Shown here: positions 9,240-19,703 of the stretch, piece after piece | Layout: each line of letters starts with the position of its first letter | Numbering within the stretch: the first letter of the stretch is position 1 | Assembly (NCBI GenBank): GCA_963795855.1 | Contig: CAWCIZ010000003.1 | Location: 544,001 to 608,000 of the forward strand | Direction of reading: 5' to 3' | From: Vulcanimicrobiota bacterium | GTDB lineage: Bacteria; Vulcanimicrobiota; Vulcanimicrobiia; Vulcanimicrobiales; Vulcanimicrobiaceae | Length of the DNA stretch: 64,000 nucleotides | Translations under genes and position numbers: made by a program | The notes under the pieces: model-generated | The model's input: the letters and a program-made list of their open reading frames with translations, nothing else | Told to the model about the DNA's origin: nothing | Database searches by the model: none

Positions 9240-9725
9240 ATGCGACGGATTTTCCTGATGGCCATAGCTGCCGCAATTCTGCTCGGCGGGTGTTCCACCA
9301 GCAAGCGCGTGTATTCGGGCAACGGCACCACGGTCACCACGGATTCGAATCAGAAAACGGTCACCGTGCGCAGCAGCGAGGGCACCATGACGATGGGCAA
9401 GGGCGTCGTCGACGCAGCGAAACTCGGCGTACCGGTTTACGCCGGCGCGACGCAGGATGAAGGCGCGCTTTCGGTCACGGGCGAGCAGGGCTCCGCGCAA
9501 ATGACCGCGTTCACCACGCCCGATGCATTCGACAAAGTGTATGCGTTCTACAAGAACAGCATGCCCGCTGGTTCGGAAAAGATGAAAGTCGAGCAAGGCG
9601 ATTCGTCGATCGCGGAATTCGTGACGGGAGATGAGAAGCCGGGCGCCGTGCGCACGCTCGTGATGATCACGAAGAAAGGCGATAAGACTTCGATTGTGAT
9701 CACCAAAGGCACCAACCGGCCGTAA
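9240..9725 (+). CDS. Putative lipoprotein
   Basis: AAGGAGG RBS; MRRIFLMAIAAAILLGGC lipobox; LGVPVYAGA motif. Confidence 0.8.
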   Translation: MRRIFLMAIAAAILLGGCSTSKRVYSGNGTTVTTDSNQKTVTVRSSEGTMTMGKGVVDAAKLGVPVYAGATQDEGALSVTGEQGSAQMTAFTTPDAFDKVYAFYKNSMPAGSEKMKVEQGDSSIAEFVTGDEKPGAVRTLVMITKKGDKTSIVITKGTNRP

Positions 9726-9838
9726 CCAGGCGTCCGCCGGCTCGCATATGGCGTCGGCCACCTGCATTCGAGTTTATGTCAGTGTACTGACCGGGCAAGA
9801 ACGTAGCCGACCACTACTTTTTGTGAGGCAAGCAATCC

Positions 9839-10363
9839 ATGAAGTATTCGAACGTTGTCTGTACCGCAGGTGCGCTGGGCTTGGCGTTTCTGCTCGCCGC
9901 ATGCGGCGGCGGAGGCGGAAACAACAACCAGAACGCCGGCAACAATGCGGGGCAGAACGGCGGGAACAAAGGCTCGCAGCAAGTCAAGCAGATGAATCCA
10001 ATGCACGTCGCTCACAACGAAATCGCCGGGCACAGCCTGCAGATCAACATGGGACAGCAGAACAATTCCGGACAAGCCGGTAATGCGAGCGTCACCGACG
10101 TCAACGGTGGGGTGAGCGTCGCCATCCATATCAAGTCCGAGCCGAAAGGCGCGACCGAACCGGCGCATATCCACCAGGGAACGTGCACGAAACTCAACCC
10201 CGCTCCGTGGAAACCGCTCAACCCCGTCGTGAACGGTCAGTCGATGACGCATTTGGCGGGCGTAAGCGTCGCACAGATCAAGAAGGGCAAATACGCCATC
10301 AACGTCCACAAGAGCGCTACGGATTTGAAGACGTACGTTTCCTGCGGCGATCTCACCCTATAA
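9839..10363 (+). CDS. Lipoprotein with small CHRD/Cu,Zn-SOD-like beta domain
   Basis: Lipobox LLAAC; EPAHIHQGTC, YAINVHKS and YVSCGDL motifs. Confidence 0.7.
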   Translation: MKYSNVVCTAGALGLAFLLAACGGGGGNNNQNAGNNAGQNGGNKGSQQVKQMNPMHVAHNEIAGHSLQINMGQQNNSGQAGNASVTDVNGGVSVAIHIKSEPKGATEPAHIHQGTCTKLNPAPWKPLNPVVNGQSMTHLAGVSVAQIKKGKYAINVHKSATDLKTYVSCGDLTL

Positions 10364-10801
10364 GTGAGTCGGATCCCCGTTTTCATAGTGGCCGCCGCAT
10401 TGCTCGCCGCGTGCGGCGGCCGTCCCGTCAGCCAAATCAACGTTCTGCATGAAGCGCACAACGCCATGAGCCAAGATACGCTCACGGTTAATATGGGTGC
10501 GCTCAAGCACTCCGAGCAATGGGGCAGCGCGAGCATGGGTGACGAGAGGCACGGCATGGACGTCATCGTGCATCTTGATAACGAGCCTGCTGGTGCCAAA
10601 GAACCCGCCTACATCGCGATTGGCAACTGCACGCCGCCCTCCAGCAAAGCATGGCGAACGCTGGCTCCGGTCACCGGCGGTAAGTCAGCCAGCCACGTGG
10701 GCGGCGCGGACATCGGCGCGATAAAAAAGGGCCGGTATTCGATCGTCGTGGACGACCCGCGCGCGCGGACGGCCGTTTCCTGCGGCAACTTCCAAATTTA
10801 G
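10364..10801 (+). CDS. Lipoprotein paralog of preceding gene lacking its histidines
   Basis: Lipobox LLAAC; EPAYIAIGNC, IKKGRYSIVV and AVSCGNF align with the upstream gene. Confidence 0.7.
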   Translation: MSRIPVFIVAAALLAACGGRPVSQINVLHEAHNAMSQDTLTVNMGALKHSEQWGSASMGDERHGMDVIVHLDNEPAGAKEPAYIAIGNCTPPSSKAWRTLAPVTGGKSASHVGGADIGAIKKGRYSIVVDDPRARTAVSCGNFQI

Positions 10802-10840
10802 CGCCGCGAGGGTATACTGTGAGCGAGGAGGCGAACGCTC

Positions 10841-11263
10841 ATGGCCGACCGGCATGCAGTGGCGGCGCTTTCGATCTTGATGTTTCTGCTCGCGAGCGCG
10901 ACCGCGCTACCTGCGCGGGCCGCGGGCAACACCAGCGATCTTCTGGCCGCAGTAAAAAACGTTTCGAGCGAGTCCGACAAGTTTCGCTCAATGATGGCCA
11001 ATCTCAACGAAAGTCAAATCCACGTCGTCGACGCGCAAAGCATCATGTCCGCGAGCGCGCAGAGCGCTTATAAATTTGCGATTTCCAAGAACGCGTCGAG
11101 CATTGCGGATTTACGCGATACGTTGAATCACACGACCGTCACGGGAAGTGACGGGGTGCTGGTAACGTTGCGAAAAGTGTTGTTGCGTCAAAACGTGGCG
11201 GTAGATCGCGTTGTCGGCGTGTACGTCGGCGGAGACGGCCAAGTCACGCTGTTCTACCAGTAG
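10841..11263 (+). CDS. Secreted hypothetical protein
   Basis: GAGGAGG RBS, TATACT -10 upstream, signal peptide ending ARA. Confidence 0.7.
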   Translation: MADRHAVAALSILMFLLASATALPARAAGNTSDLLAAVKNVSSESDKFRSMMANLNESQIHVVDAQSIMSASAQSAYKFAISKNASSIADLRDTLNHTTVTGSDGVLVTLRKVLLRQNVAVDRVVGVYVGGDGQVTLFYQ

Positions 11264-11264
11264 A

Positions 11265-11744
11265 CTACCAGTACGACCATTGCCCGCGACGGTCGCGTTC
11301 CGCGCCGTCACGCGTTTGCGAAAGAAGCGTAGACGTCAATGCGCTCACGTGCGCGGGTGGTTGCAAAGCGTGCATGATGCCGTAACCTTCCGCCAAGAGA
11401 CGGTTTGCGCGCTGCTGCTGGGAGGCCTGATGTGCCAGTTCCGCCGCTACGACCAAAGCATTGGCGGCGCGCCACCGATCGTTGAAACGCTGCGCGGTCG
11501 ACCCTTCCGTGTTCGCGCAATGCAGCGATATTCGCGCGGATTGTTCGGCCGCACGCGAAGCATCGGCATACCGATGCGAGGAAATCGAGTCCACGTTGCG
11601 CGCGATGGCTTGCACTGCGCGTTCGCCGCACGGCGTGTTGAACGTGGCTGCAGTACGCTTTTGGTCTACGTGCGCCGCGCAGCCGCTGACTCCAACGAGT
11701 GCAGCCAGCACGGCAATACGCAGCGCGCTAAAGGTGATAGTCAT
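11265..11744 (-). CDS. Putative lipoprotein
   Basis: MTITFSALRIAVLAALVGVSGC lipobox, the C-terminal part of track ORF 11265..12998. Confidence 0.6.
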   Translation of the reverse strand: MTITFSALRIAVLAALVGVSGCAAHVDQKRTAATFNTPCGERAVQAIARNVDSISSHRYADASRAAEQSARISLHCANTEGSTAQRFNDRWRAANALVVAAELAHQASQQQRANRLLAEGYGIMHALQPPAHVSALTSTLLSQTRDGAERDRRGQWSYW

Positions 11745-11773
11745 GGCGGTATAGTCTCCCCGTGGGGCCGTCC

Positions 11774-13117
11774 TTAAGGATTCCCGGGCGCTTGCTCGGA
11801 TAAACCTTGAGCGCCCTTCGCCAAGAAGACATAGTAAATCGGAATTGCCGACAGGAGCGCTCCCAGCGACCACGCCGCGCCCTGCGGCGACGAAATATAG
11901 GTCGTAAGAACTACGCCGACCGTGATAAGGAAAAAAAAGGCGGTTGTGAAGGGGTGCAGCGGCGTGCAGAACTGCGGTGCCTTTCGCCCGGCGCGCCGAT
12001 CCCGCGCGCGAAAGATAAACAGCGCAATCGCGGCTAGCGCGAAAAAGACGTAATCGATGCCGATCACGTAATTCAAAATTTGTGCGTAGCCTTTCAAAAA
12101 CGTGATCGCGATTGCGAACGCGCCTTGCAGCGCGATTGCAATTACGGGAACGCGCGTTGCCGGATGCAGCCACGCGATCTGCCGAAAGAAGAGACCGTCT
12201 TGCGCCATTGCATGATACACGCGCGGCGACGTGAGAATTTGATTGCTCAAGAATCCGAGCGTCGAGAGCGCGATCAGCGCGGCAATGATCTGCGCGCCGC
12301 GCGCGCCCATGAACGCGCGAAGCACTTCGGACGCCGGCGCGTCGGTGCGCGTGAGGCCCGCCGGGCCGAGCACGCGCAGGCACACGACGTTGACCAGGAC
12401 GTACAATACAATGACGCCGCCGACGCCCCACATCATGCCGAGCGGAAGCGTTCTCGCCGGTTTTTTCAGTTCGGCAGTCATGAAACTCGACGTCTGCCAT
12501 CCGCTGTACGCAAAAAGTACTGCGATCATCGAGACGGCCATCGCGCCGAACAGACTGAGTGAAGAACCGATGCTCGGCGCTGCCGCAGTCGAGGCCGCCG
12601 GATGGGCGAACAGGCCGACCGCGATAAGCCCCGCGATGGCCGCGATTTTGAGCACCATGAAAAAATTTTGCACGTTGCTGCCTTGGCGCACGCCTAGGCA
12701 GTTGACAAGCGTAAACACGGCCAGCACTGCGAACGCAAGCAATTGCGGGCTTACGTTCAGTCCCGTGAGCGGTTCGAAATACCCCGCGAACGTCAACGCC
12801 GCCGCCGCCATCCCGCCGCTCTGCGAAACGAGCAGGAGCGTCCAACCGTACATGAATGCGATCGCCGGATGAAACGCTTCTCGCATGTACGCGTACAAAC
12901 CGCCGTCGCTGGGGCGGCGCGCCGCGAGTTCCGCGAAGAGAAACGCGCCGAGCAGCGCGACGACACCTCCCGCAACCCAAACGCTCATGATCGCCCACCC
13001 GGCATGCACGCTCTGAGCGACCACGGACGGATTTCGAAAAATGCCCGAGCCGATGATGCCGCCCATGACGATGAGGCCGGCATCGAAAACGCCCAAGCGG
13101 CGCGCGAGCTTCGCCAT
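11774..13117 (-). CDS. APC-family amino acid permease
   Basis: GGIIGSGIF, FAEL and FAYSGW motifs; about 12 TM segments. Confidence 0.92.
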   Translation of the reverse strand: MAKLARRLGVFDAGLIVMGGIIGSGIFRNPSVVAQSVHAGWAIMSVWVAGGVVALLGAFLFAELAARRPSDGGLYAYMREAFHPAIAFMYGWTLLLVSQSGGMAAAALTFAGYFEPLTGLNVSPQLLAFAVLAVFTLVNCLGVRQGSNVQNFFMVLKIAAIAGLIAVGLFAHPAASTAAAPSIGSSLSLFGAMAVSMIAVLFAYSGWQTSSFMTAELKKPARTLPLGMMWGVGGVIVLYVLVNVVCLRVLGPAGLTRTDAPASEVLRAFMGARGAQIIAALIALSTLGFLSNQILTSPRVYHAMAQDGLFFRQIAWLHPATRVPVIAIALQGAFAIAITFLKGYAQILNYVIGIDYVFFALAAIALFIFRARDRRAGRKAPQFCTPLHPFTTAFFFLITVGVVLTTYISSPQGAAWSLGALLSAIPIYYVFLAKGAQGLSEQAPGNP

Positions 13118-13427
13118 ACCGAGGACTCAGTCTCGGCAGCCGTCGATTCCTGTGGCAGCCAACCGATTGGGCGGGGCGGCAAGCGGGTTACGAAAACGGC
13201 ATCTCAGCTCAGAACCGAGAGGATTCGGATCAACCACGCGCATGCTCCGGACCGTTTCGCACTAGCCTTTCGCCGCATCGTTCGTCCCCGCAGCGTGCAT
13301 TTGCCGGAAAGGCGAATAGCTTCTACGGCGACGTCTTGCACGTGTCGATAAACAACGTCAAAGTCTACGACCCCAAAGCGCATCAAAAACAGCCGCACCT
13401 CACAGCAGATTCTGCACTAGAGAATCG

Positions 13428-14363
13428 CTAAGCCGGTTCAAAGCGCCGGCGCATGCCGTATAGGGTGCGCAGCAGTACATCCAGCACCGTCGCGTCGGGC
13501 TGCGCATGCCCGACGCGCGGGTGCGCGCCGACGAAAAACAAGTGGCCGTACGGGAATCCGAGCGATGCGAGCTCGTGCATGTAGCCGTCGATGTCGCGTG
13601 CGCGCCTGAAGGCGTACTCGCGATCGAAATGTTCGGAGTGCTCTTCGCCGCGCAGCAGTTCGCGAGAAATCGCTACCGCCTGTTCCGTATTAGCCGCTTT
13701 CAGGCGATCGCGCAGGATCGCATCGAAACGCTCGAACGCCGCGAAGAAGACGCGCCAGGCTTGGTGCACGCCGGCAACTCGATCGCAGCCATCTCGAAGG
13801 TACTCGCGGTGAAGGGCCGCGATTTCACCGCCATACGCGGTGTTTCGCGCTTCCGGTATCACGCGCGCCGCATCGGCAAGCGCGCGTCCGAACGCGCGCG
13901 CGTGCGCAAGTGTTTCGCGTCCGTTCAATTCCTGTACGCGCTGCGTTTTTGCAACGAATGCGGCGTAGAACGCATAGTCCTTGAGCGCGCGGCACCAAAG
14001 TTCGACGGGCTCATCATTCGCTTGATAGGGCTCGAGCACGTCGCGTCCCGCGACCAGGGTGCGCCGCTCGTACGGCGTGTAGCTCATCACGCGAAGCGAC
14101 CATGCGGGCAAGATGAACGGCTCCTGGAGAAAGAGCCGGTGATAGCGCTCGGGTAACCGCTGAAACGGCGAGAAAAAGAACCGGTTGTCCAACCCGATGT
14201 GCGTCGTGACCACGAGAAGGCGGATCTCGGATAGTTCGGGATGCTCGGGAACGGCTACCGTGTGTACGCCGATGGCGCGGTTTTTTACCAGCGCGGCGTA
14301 GCGCGCGACGGCTTCATCGTAAAGCGCCGGCTGGCTCGGTTGCGGGATGTCGACGACGTTCAT
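13428..14363 (-). CDS. Hypothetical protein
   Basis: 311-aa ORF with GGAG RBS and host-like composition. Confidence 0.7.
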   Translation of the reverse strand: MNVVDIPQPSQPALYDEAVARYAALVKNRAIGVHTVAVPEHPELSEIRLLVVTTHIGLDNRFFFSPFQRLPERYHRLFLQEPFILPAWSLRVMSYTPYERRTLVAGRDVLEPYQANDEPVELWCRALKDYAFYAAFVAKTQRVQELNGRETLAHARAFGRALADAARVIPEARNTAYGGEIAALHREYLRDGCDRVAGVHQAWRVFFAAFERFDAILRDRLKAANTEQAVAISRELLRGEEHSEHFDREYAFRRARDIDGYMHELASLGFPYGHLFFVGAHPRVGHAQPDATVLDVLLRTLYGMRRRFEPA

Positions 14364-14436
14364 GCGGAATTCTCCACTTCGTCCAGCCTAGCAGACCATG
14401 GCTTTTCCGTGCGCGAGGCTTTCAACCGGAGGCGCA

Positions 14437-15228
14437 CTAGGCCGTTCGACCTCGCGCTGTGGTGCTGCCGGTGCCGAAGACGCTTCGCGCAAAGTCGCGC
14501 ACGATTGCAGAAAATGCGCCCGGCCGTCGCAACGGCGCGACGTGATCGCACCCCGGCATGACGATCAGACGTGCATCCGCTGCGCGCACGTAACGCCCCT
14601 CGTCTCGGCGGAAGAGCAGATCCCATTTGCCGTTTGCAATCAAGACGGGTTTTCCGTAACGCGCGAGCAGATCGCTGTAGCGAATGCCGCCCGCGAGGCG
14701 CAGACTTTCTTCGAAGACGCGGTGATTGAAACGAAACGGCGCAATGAGGTCTGCGACATCCTTCGGAAGCGATGCATAGAAAAGCGCTTTGAGCATCCTC
14801 TGCACGACGTCCTGCGGAAGGTATGCGGTGATGCGAACGGCGCCCCGGTACGCTTGATGCCGATATCCGACGATGTTGGTGCTGGAGCCCGTCAGCATCA
14901 GCCCGGCGCTGGATTCGCGGTGTTCGATCGCATAGCGCATCGCGACGTATCCACCGAGCGAGTACCCGACGATCAGCGGCGGTCGCGAGACGACCTGCTC
15001 GCCGATGTAGCGGAGAAACGCATCGATCGTCGCCGCATCGAACGGCAGGTTCGCGAGCGTTTCGTGGCCCGGAAGATCCGGCGTTGCTACGAAAAATTCG
15101 TCGCTCAGTTCGCGCGCGTGCGCGCTCCAAATGGCTCCGCCCAGGCGAATGCCGTGCAAAAAGACGATCGGCGGATTTGCGGGGTTGCCGTACGTGGTGA
15201 TTGCCCGTGCGAATCCCGCTGGATCCAC
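14437..15228 (-). CDS. Alpha/beta hydrolase
   Basis: FLHG, DLPGH, GYSLGG nucleophile elbow, GCDH. Confidence 0.88.
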   Translation of the reverse strand: MDPAGFARAITTYGNPANPPIVFLHGIRLGGAIWSAHARELSDEFFVATPDLPGHETLANLPFDAATIDAFLRYIGEQVVSRPPLIVGYSLGGYVAMRYAIEHRESSAGLMLTGSSTNIVGYRHQAYRGAVRITAYLPQDVVQRMLKALFYASLPKDVADLIAPFRFNHRVFEESLRLAGGIRYSDLLARYGKPVLIANGKWDLLFRRDEGRYVRAADARLIVMPGCDHVAPLRRPGAFSAIVRDFARSVFGTGSTTARGRTA

Positions 15229-15229
15229 G

Positions 15230-16271
15230 CTACGGCACCGTCAGCAGCACTTTGATGGCGCGGCGCTCGTCCATTGCCGCGTAGCCCTCTGCGACGCTGC
15301 TCAGCGGCATCGACGCGTCCAGTACCGGCGACGGATCGATTCGACCGGCAGCGAGGCTCTCGATCAGGCGCGGAAGGTATGCGCGTGCCGGCGCGAGCGC
15401 ACCGCGCAAGCAAAGGTTCTTCAGAAAAATCTCGCGCATCGGCGGCGTTTTCACGTTGTTCGGAACGCCCACGAAGCTGACCGTGCCTCCGGGGCGCGCG
15501 ACGCTGACCGCGAGGTCCAAACTCTCTTGATTCCCGACCGCCTCGACCACGTGCGCCGCGCCGCCCTGCGTCAATTCGACGATAGCGCCCTGCGCGCCGG
15601 CGTCGTGCGAATTGTACGTGTGCGTCGCGCCGAAGCGTTTCGCGATCTCCAAACGCTTGGCATTGTGGCCGACGGCAACGATGCGCTCTGCGCGGATCTC
15701 TTTCGCCGCCGAAAGGACTCCACACAGCCCGACGGCGCCGTCGCCGACGATGACGACGGTCGATTCCGGCGTAGACTTGCGCACTGACGACGCCGTGATG
15801 GCCGGTCGCCATGACGTCGCACAGCGTGACGCTCGCGTCGCGCTTGACTGCTTCGTGCGCGATCGCTTCCGGCATCTTCACCAGCGTTCCGTCCGCATAT
15901 GGAACGAGGACGTACTCGGCTTGACCGCCATTCTCTGCGTCGCCGAAATTCGTCATATGCACGCAAGACGTCTGCAAGCCGGCAAGGCAGAATTCGCACG
16001 TGCCGTCGCTCGACACGAACGGTGCGATGACCGCATCGCCCGGCCGCAAACTGCGCACGCCGGAGCCCGCTTCTTCGACCACGCCGATGAATTCGTGGCC
16101 GGTGCGATCCCCGGGCGTCCATTGCGTGACGCCGCGATAGAACCACAGATCCGAACCGCAGATCGCTGCGCGCGTTACCCGCACGATCGCGTCGCGCGGA
16201 TCGCGCACGCGGGGATCGGGAACGGTTTCCAGGCGAACGTCGCGCGCGCCGTGATACACAGTTGCTTTCAT
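15230..16271 (-). CDS. Zn-dependent alcohol dehydrogenase family protein (frameshift near 15780)
   Basis: ICGSDL, GHEFIG, DGTCEFC..TSC in one frame; GDGAVG...AIKVLL in another. Confidence 0.9.
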
Positions 16272-16306
16272 AGGCGTTTAGACGATGTACCCCGAACCGG
16301 CGGTGC

Positions 16307-16763
16307 ATGCTGACATTCGTGCTGGCCGCTTTGACCGTACTCAACAACGGTGCGTGCCTCGATTCCGCCAGGTCGGTGCCGCAGGGGCTCTTCGGGACCG
16401 AACCGGGCGCGGCAATCGTGAAAATCGACAAAGTGGTTTCGACCGCCGCTATGACGGACGGAGAGATCATCGGCTATCTGTACACGCGGCAAGACGACAG
16501 AACGTATCTGGGTCAGCGGCAGCAGGAGTATATGTCCGCTGCCGACAGGCTCGCAGATCAACCAAGTGCTTCAGTCCACGCACATGCCGGGCGCCACCAT
16601 CACGACGTTTCCCCCCGTTCGGAAATATGGGGTAAAAACGTATTACACCGAGATTTTCCGGGTGCAGGTGCCGCCCGCCGCGACGGACCCGCTGCACATA
16701 CGCTTGGATGACTGCGTGGCGTGGCCGGCGGGGACGGCCCTACCTAATCCGCTACCGCAATAA
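16307..16763 (+). CDS. Secreted hypothetical protein (probable frameshift near 16560)
   Basis: Signal-like N-terminus; continues in ORF 16566..16763. Confidence 0.55.
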
Positions 16764-16793
16764 ACCGGCGGGTTCCCCGGCAGGGCAAGCGAA

Positions 16794-16820
16794 TTAGCAG
16801 ACTTCGCATCTGATTGCTAA
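16794..16820. promoter_or_regulatory. CIRCE-like operator upstream of hsp20-lon
   Basis: TTAGCAGAC-N9-GATTGCTAA (15/18 match to consensus). Confidence 0.75.
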
Positions 16821-16841
16821 GCGCGGGGGTTATAGTCACCG

Positions 16842-17231
16842 ATGGACCTGGTCGTACTGCGCTCGCGCGCAGTTTGGGAGCCCAATGCCGACGTCGTCAT
16901 CGACGACGACGGCCGCACACTCGTCGTCCGCGTCGAACTGGCGGGCGCCGACAGCGAAAGCCTGCGGGTCTTCGTCGACGAGCGCTATCTCTTCATCTCG
17001 GGACGGCGCGCCGACACCGCCCGTCTGCGTAACGGCTCTTTTCTGCAGAAAGAAATTGCGGACGGCGAGTTCGTGAAAAAAATTGCTTTGCCGGTGGGCG
17101 TTCAGTACGACGAAGTCACCGCAACGTATGCCGACGGCATGCTCACCATCGCTCTGCCGGTTGCCGCTCCGGAGTTTTTGCCGGCGCCCCGCACCGAAAT
17201 TCGAATGATCGTCAAGAGGATTCTCGCGTAG
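16842..17231 (+). CDS. Hsp20/alpha-crystallin family protein
   Basis: WEPNADV, VELAG, EIADGEFVKKIALP, ATYADGMLTIALP. Confidence 0.9.
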   Translation: MDLVVLRSRAVWEPNADVVIDDDGRTLVVRVELAGADSESLRVFVDERYLFISGRRADTARLRNGSFLQKEIADGEFVKKIALPVGVQYDEVTATYADGMLTIALPVAAPEFLPAPRTEIRMIVKRILA

Positions 17232-17232
17232 A

Positions 17233-19698
17233 ATGACCCCGCAAGCCCAAAAATCGTCGCCCATCGTCGCCGCAAATCTCATCGGCGTTCTGCCGCTGCA
17301 GGAGGCGGTGCTATTTCCCAATACGGTGATTCCACTCGCGGTCGTGAAGAAGCCGGGCATTCAACTCGTCGAGGAAGCGCTGCGCGAGGGCAAGCCCATC
17401 GGCTTGACGGTGCTAAAAAACCGCGACATCGAAAACCCGGGCCCGAACGACGTGCACCGGATCGGCACTATCGGCACCGTGCAGAAAATGCTCAAAGTTC
17501 CGGACGGAACGCTGCGATGCATCGTTGCGGGACAGCAAGTTTTCAAGATCGAGCAATTCACGCAGACCGATCCGTACCTGGTTGCGGCGTACACCGAACT
17601 GCCCGACATCACCGCGCAGTCCGAAGAACTCGTCGCGATGCAGCGCAATCTTGCAAGCCTGTTTCAAAAACTGCTGGGATATTTGCCGCAGGCTCCGCGC
17701 GAAATGGAGATGGAGGTCCAAAACATTACGGACCCCAACCTGCTCTCCTATTTCGTCGCGTCGACCATGCGCCTGGAAACCGCCGATCGGCAAGCGCTGC
17801 TCGAAGAGCGCAACACGATGAAGCGGATGCGCAAGCTCACGATGCTGCTCACCAAGGAACTCGAAGTCGTCGAACTTGGGCACAAAATCCAGTCCGACAT
17901 TCAGCGTGAAATGGAGAAGAATCAGCGCGATTTCTATCTTCGCCAGCAGTTGCGCGCGATTCAGGAAGAACTCGGCGAAGTCGATCCGCAGCAGGCGGAA
18001 AACAACGAACTACGCCAAAAAATCGAAGAAGCGCAGATGCCCGAAGACGTGCGCAAAGCCGCAGACCGGGAGTTGGATCGGCTCTCCAAAGTTCCGCAGG
18101 CAAGTCCCGAATACAGCGTCATTCGCACGTATCTGGATTGGCTCGTGCAGTTGCCGTGGAGCAAAGAGACGACCGATCACATCGACATCGTCAAGGCGCG
18201 TGAGATTCTCGATGAAGATCATTACGATCTCGAGAAGATCAAAGACCGCATCATCGAGTATCTCGCGGTCGGCAAACTCAAGAACCGCCTGACCGGCCCC
18301 ATCCTGTGTTTCGTCGGCCCGCCAGGCGTCGGGAAGACGTCGCTCGGACAATCCATCGCGCGCGCGATGGGGCGCAAGTTCGTACGTCTTTCCGTCGGCG
18401 GCGTTCGCGACGAGGCTGAGATCCGCGGGCACCGGCGCACCTACATCGGCTCGATGCCGGGCACGATTATTCGCGCCATTCGCGATGCGGGCACGCGCAA
18501 TCCGGTCATGATGATCGACGAAATCGACAAAGTCGGCGCGGATTTCCGTGGCGATCCGCAATCCGCGCTCCTCGAAGTTCTGGATCCGGAGCAAAACAAC
18601 ACGTTCCGCGATCACTATCTCGACATGCCGTTCGATCTCTCGCAAGTGCTCTTCGTTTGTACGGCAAATACGCTCGACACGATCAGCGGACCGCTGCGCG
18701 ATCGCATGGAGATCATCCAGCTTTCCGGCTACACGGAACTCGAGAAGGTGCAGATCGCCAAGCGCTACCTCATTCCCAAGCAGCGCAAGGCAAACGGTTT
18801 GAGAGAAACGCAGGCGCAGATGAATGACGCCGCCCTGCGGCTCATCATCACCGATTACACGCGGGAAGCCGGCGTACGTAACCTGGAACGTGAGATCGGG
18901 ACCGTGTTTCGCAAGTTCGCCCGCCAGATTGCCGAGAACGCGCGTTACAAAGGGCGCGTGAAAGCAGAGAATCTGGCGGAGTTTCTGAGCAAGCCGCGTT
19001 TCTACAACGAAGTGAAGAAACGCGTCGCATCCGTAGGCGTGTCGACGGGCATGTTCTACACGCCCGTCGGCGGCGACATACTGTTCATCGAGACCACCGT
19101 GATGCCCGGAACCGGCAAACTCGTCCTAACGGGGCAACTCGGGGACGTAATGAAAGAAAGCGCGCAGGCCGCGGTTTCGTTCCTGCGTTCGCGTTCCGGC
19201 GAACTCGGCTTACCGGAGGACTATTTCGCAAAGCACGACCTGCACATTCACGTCCCGGCGGGCGCTACGCCGAAGGACGGTCCGTCGGCCGGTATTGCGC
19301 TCGCAACGGCGATCACGTCGCTGCTGACGGGACTCAAAGTCGATCCCGACGTGGCGATGACCGGCGAGATCACGCTAACCGGCCAAGTCTTGCCGATCGG
19401 CGGCCTGAAAGAAAAGGTTCTGGGCGCAAAACGAGCCGGCATCAAGAAAATCATCTTGCCGCAACGCAATGAAATCGACGTGGACGACATTCCGAAAGAA
19501 GTCCGCGATACGATGTCGTTTGTGCCGGTGGAAGAACTCTCGGAAGTGCTGTATCACGCGCTCGGCAAGCGAATCATCACGCCGGTGGAACTGGGCGACG
19601 GCGGCCACGCCAACAACGTCGTCCCCATGCGCCGTCGCTCGGGCGTCAAACGTGTCAACGGCAGCGTCCGTCAGAAGCGGGGCCGCTCTTCACGGTGA
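17233..19698 (+). CDS. lon: Lon protease (endopeptidase La)
   Basis: GPPGVGKT Walker A, IRGHRRTYIG, PKDGPSAG catalytic Ser, IGGLKEK. Confidence 0.98.
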   Translation: MTPQAQKSSPIVAANLIGVLPLQEAVLFPNTVIPLAVVKKPGIQLVEEALREGKPIGLTVLKNRDIENPGPNDVHRIGTIGTVQKMLKVPDGTLRCIVAGQQVFKIEQFTQTDPYLVAAYTELPDITAQSEELVAMQRNLASLFQKLLGYLPQAPREMEMEVQNITDPNLLSYFVASTMRLETADRQALLEERNTMKRMRKLTMLLTKELEVVELGHKIQSDIQREMEKNQRDFYLRQQLRAIQEELGEVDPQQAENNELRQKIEEAQMPEDVRKAADRELDRLSKVPQASPEYSVIRTYLDWLVQLPWSKETTDHIDIVKAREILDEDHYDLEKIKDRIIEYLAVGKLKNRLTGPILCFVGPPGVGKTSLGQSIARAMGRKFVRLSVGGVRDEAEIRGHRRTYIGSMPGTIIRAIRDAGTRNPVMMIDEIDKVGADFRGDPQSALLEVLDPEQNNTFRDHYLDMPFDLSQVLFVCTANTLDTISGPLRDRMEIIQLSGYTELEKVQIAKRYLIPKQRKANGLRETQAQMNDAALRLIITDYTREAGVRNLEREIGTVFRKFARQIAENARYKGRVKAENLAEFLSKPRFYNEVKKRVASVGVSTGMFYTPVGGDILFIETTVMPGTGKLVLTGQLGDVMKESAQAAVSFLRSRSGELGLPEDYFAKHDLHIHVPAGATPKDGPSAGIALATAITSLLTGLKVDPDVAMTGEITLTGQVLPIGGLKEKVLGAKRAGIKKIILPQRNEIDVDDIPKEVRDTMSFVPVEELSEVLYHALGKRIITPVELGDGGHANNVVPMRRRSGVKRVNGSVRQKRGRSSR

Positions 19699-19703
19699 TT
19701 CTT

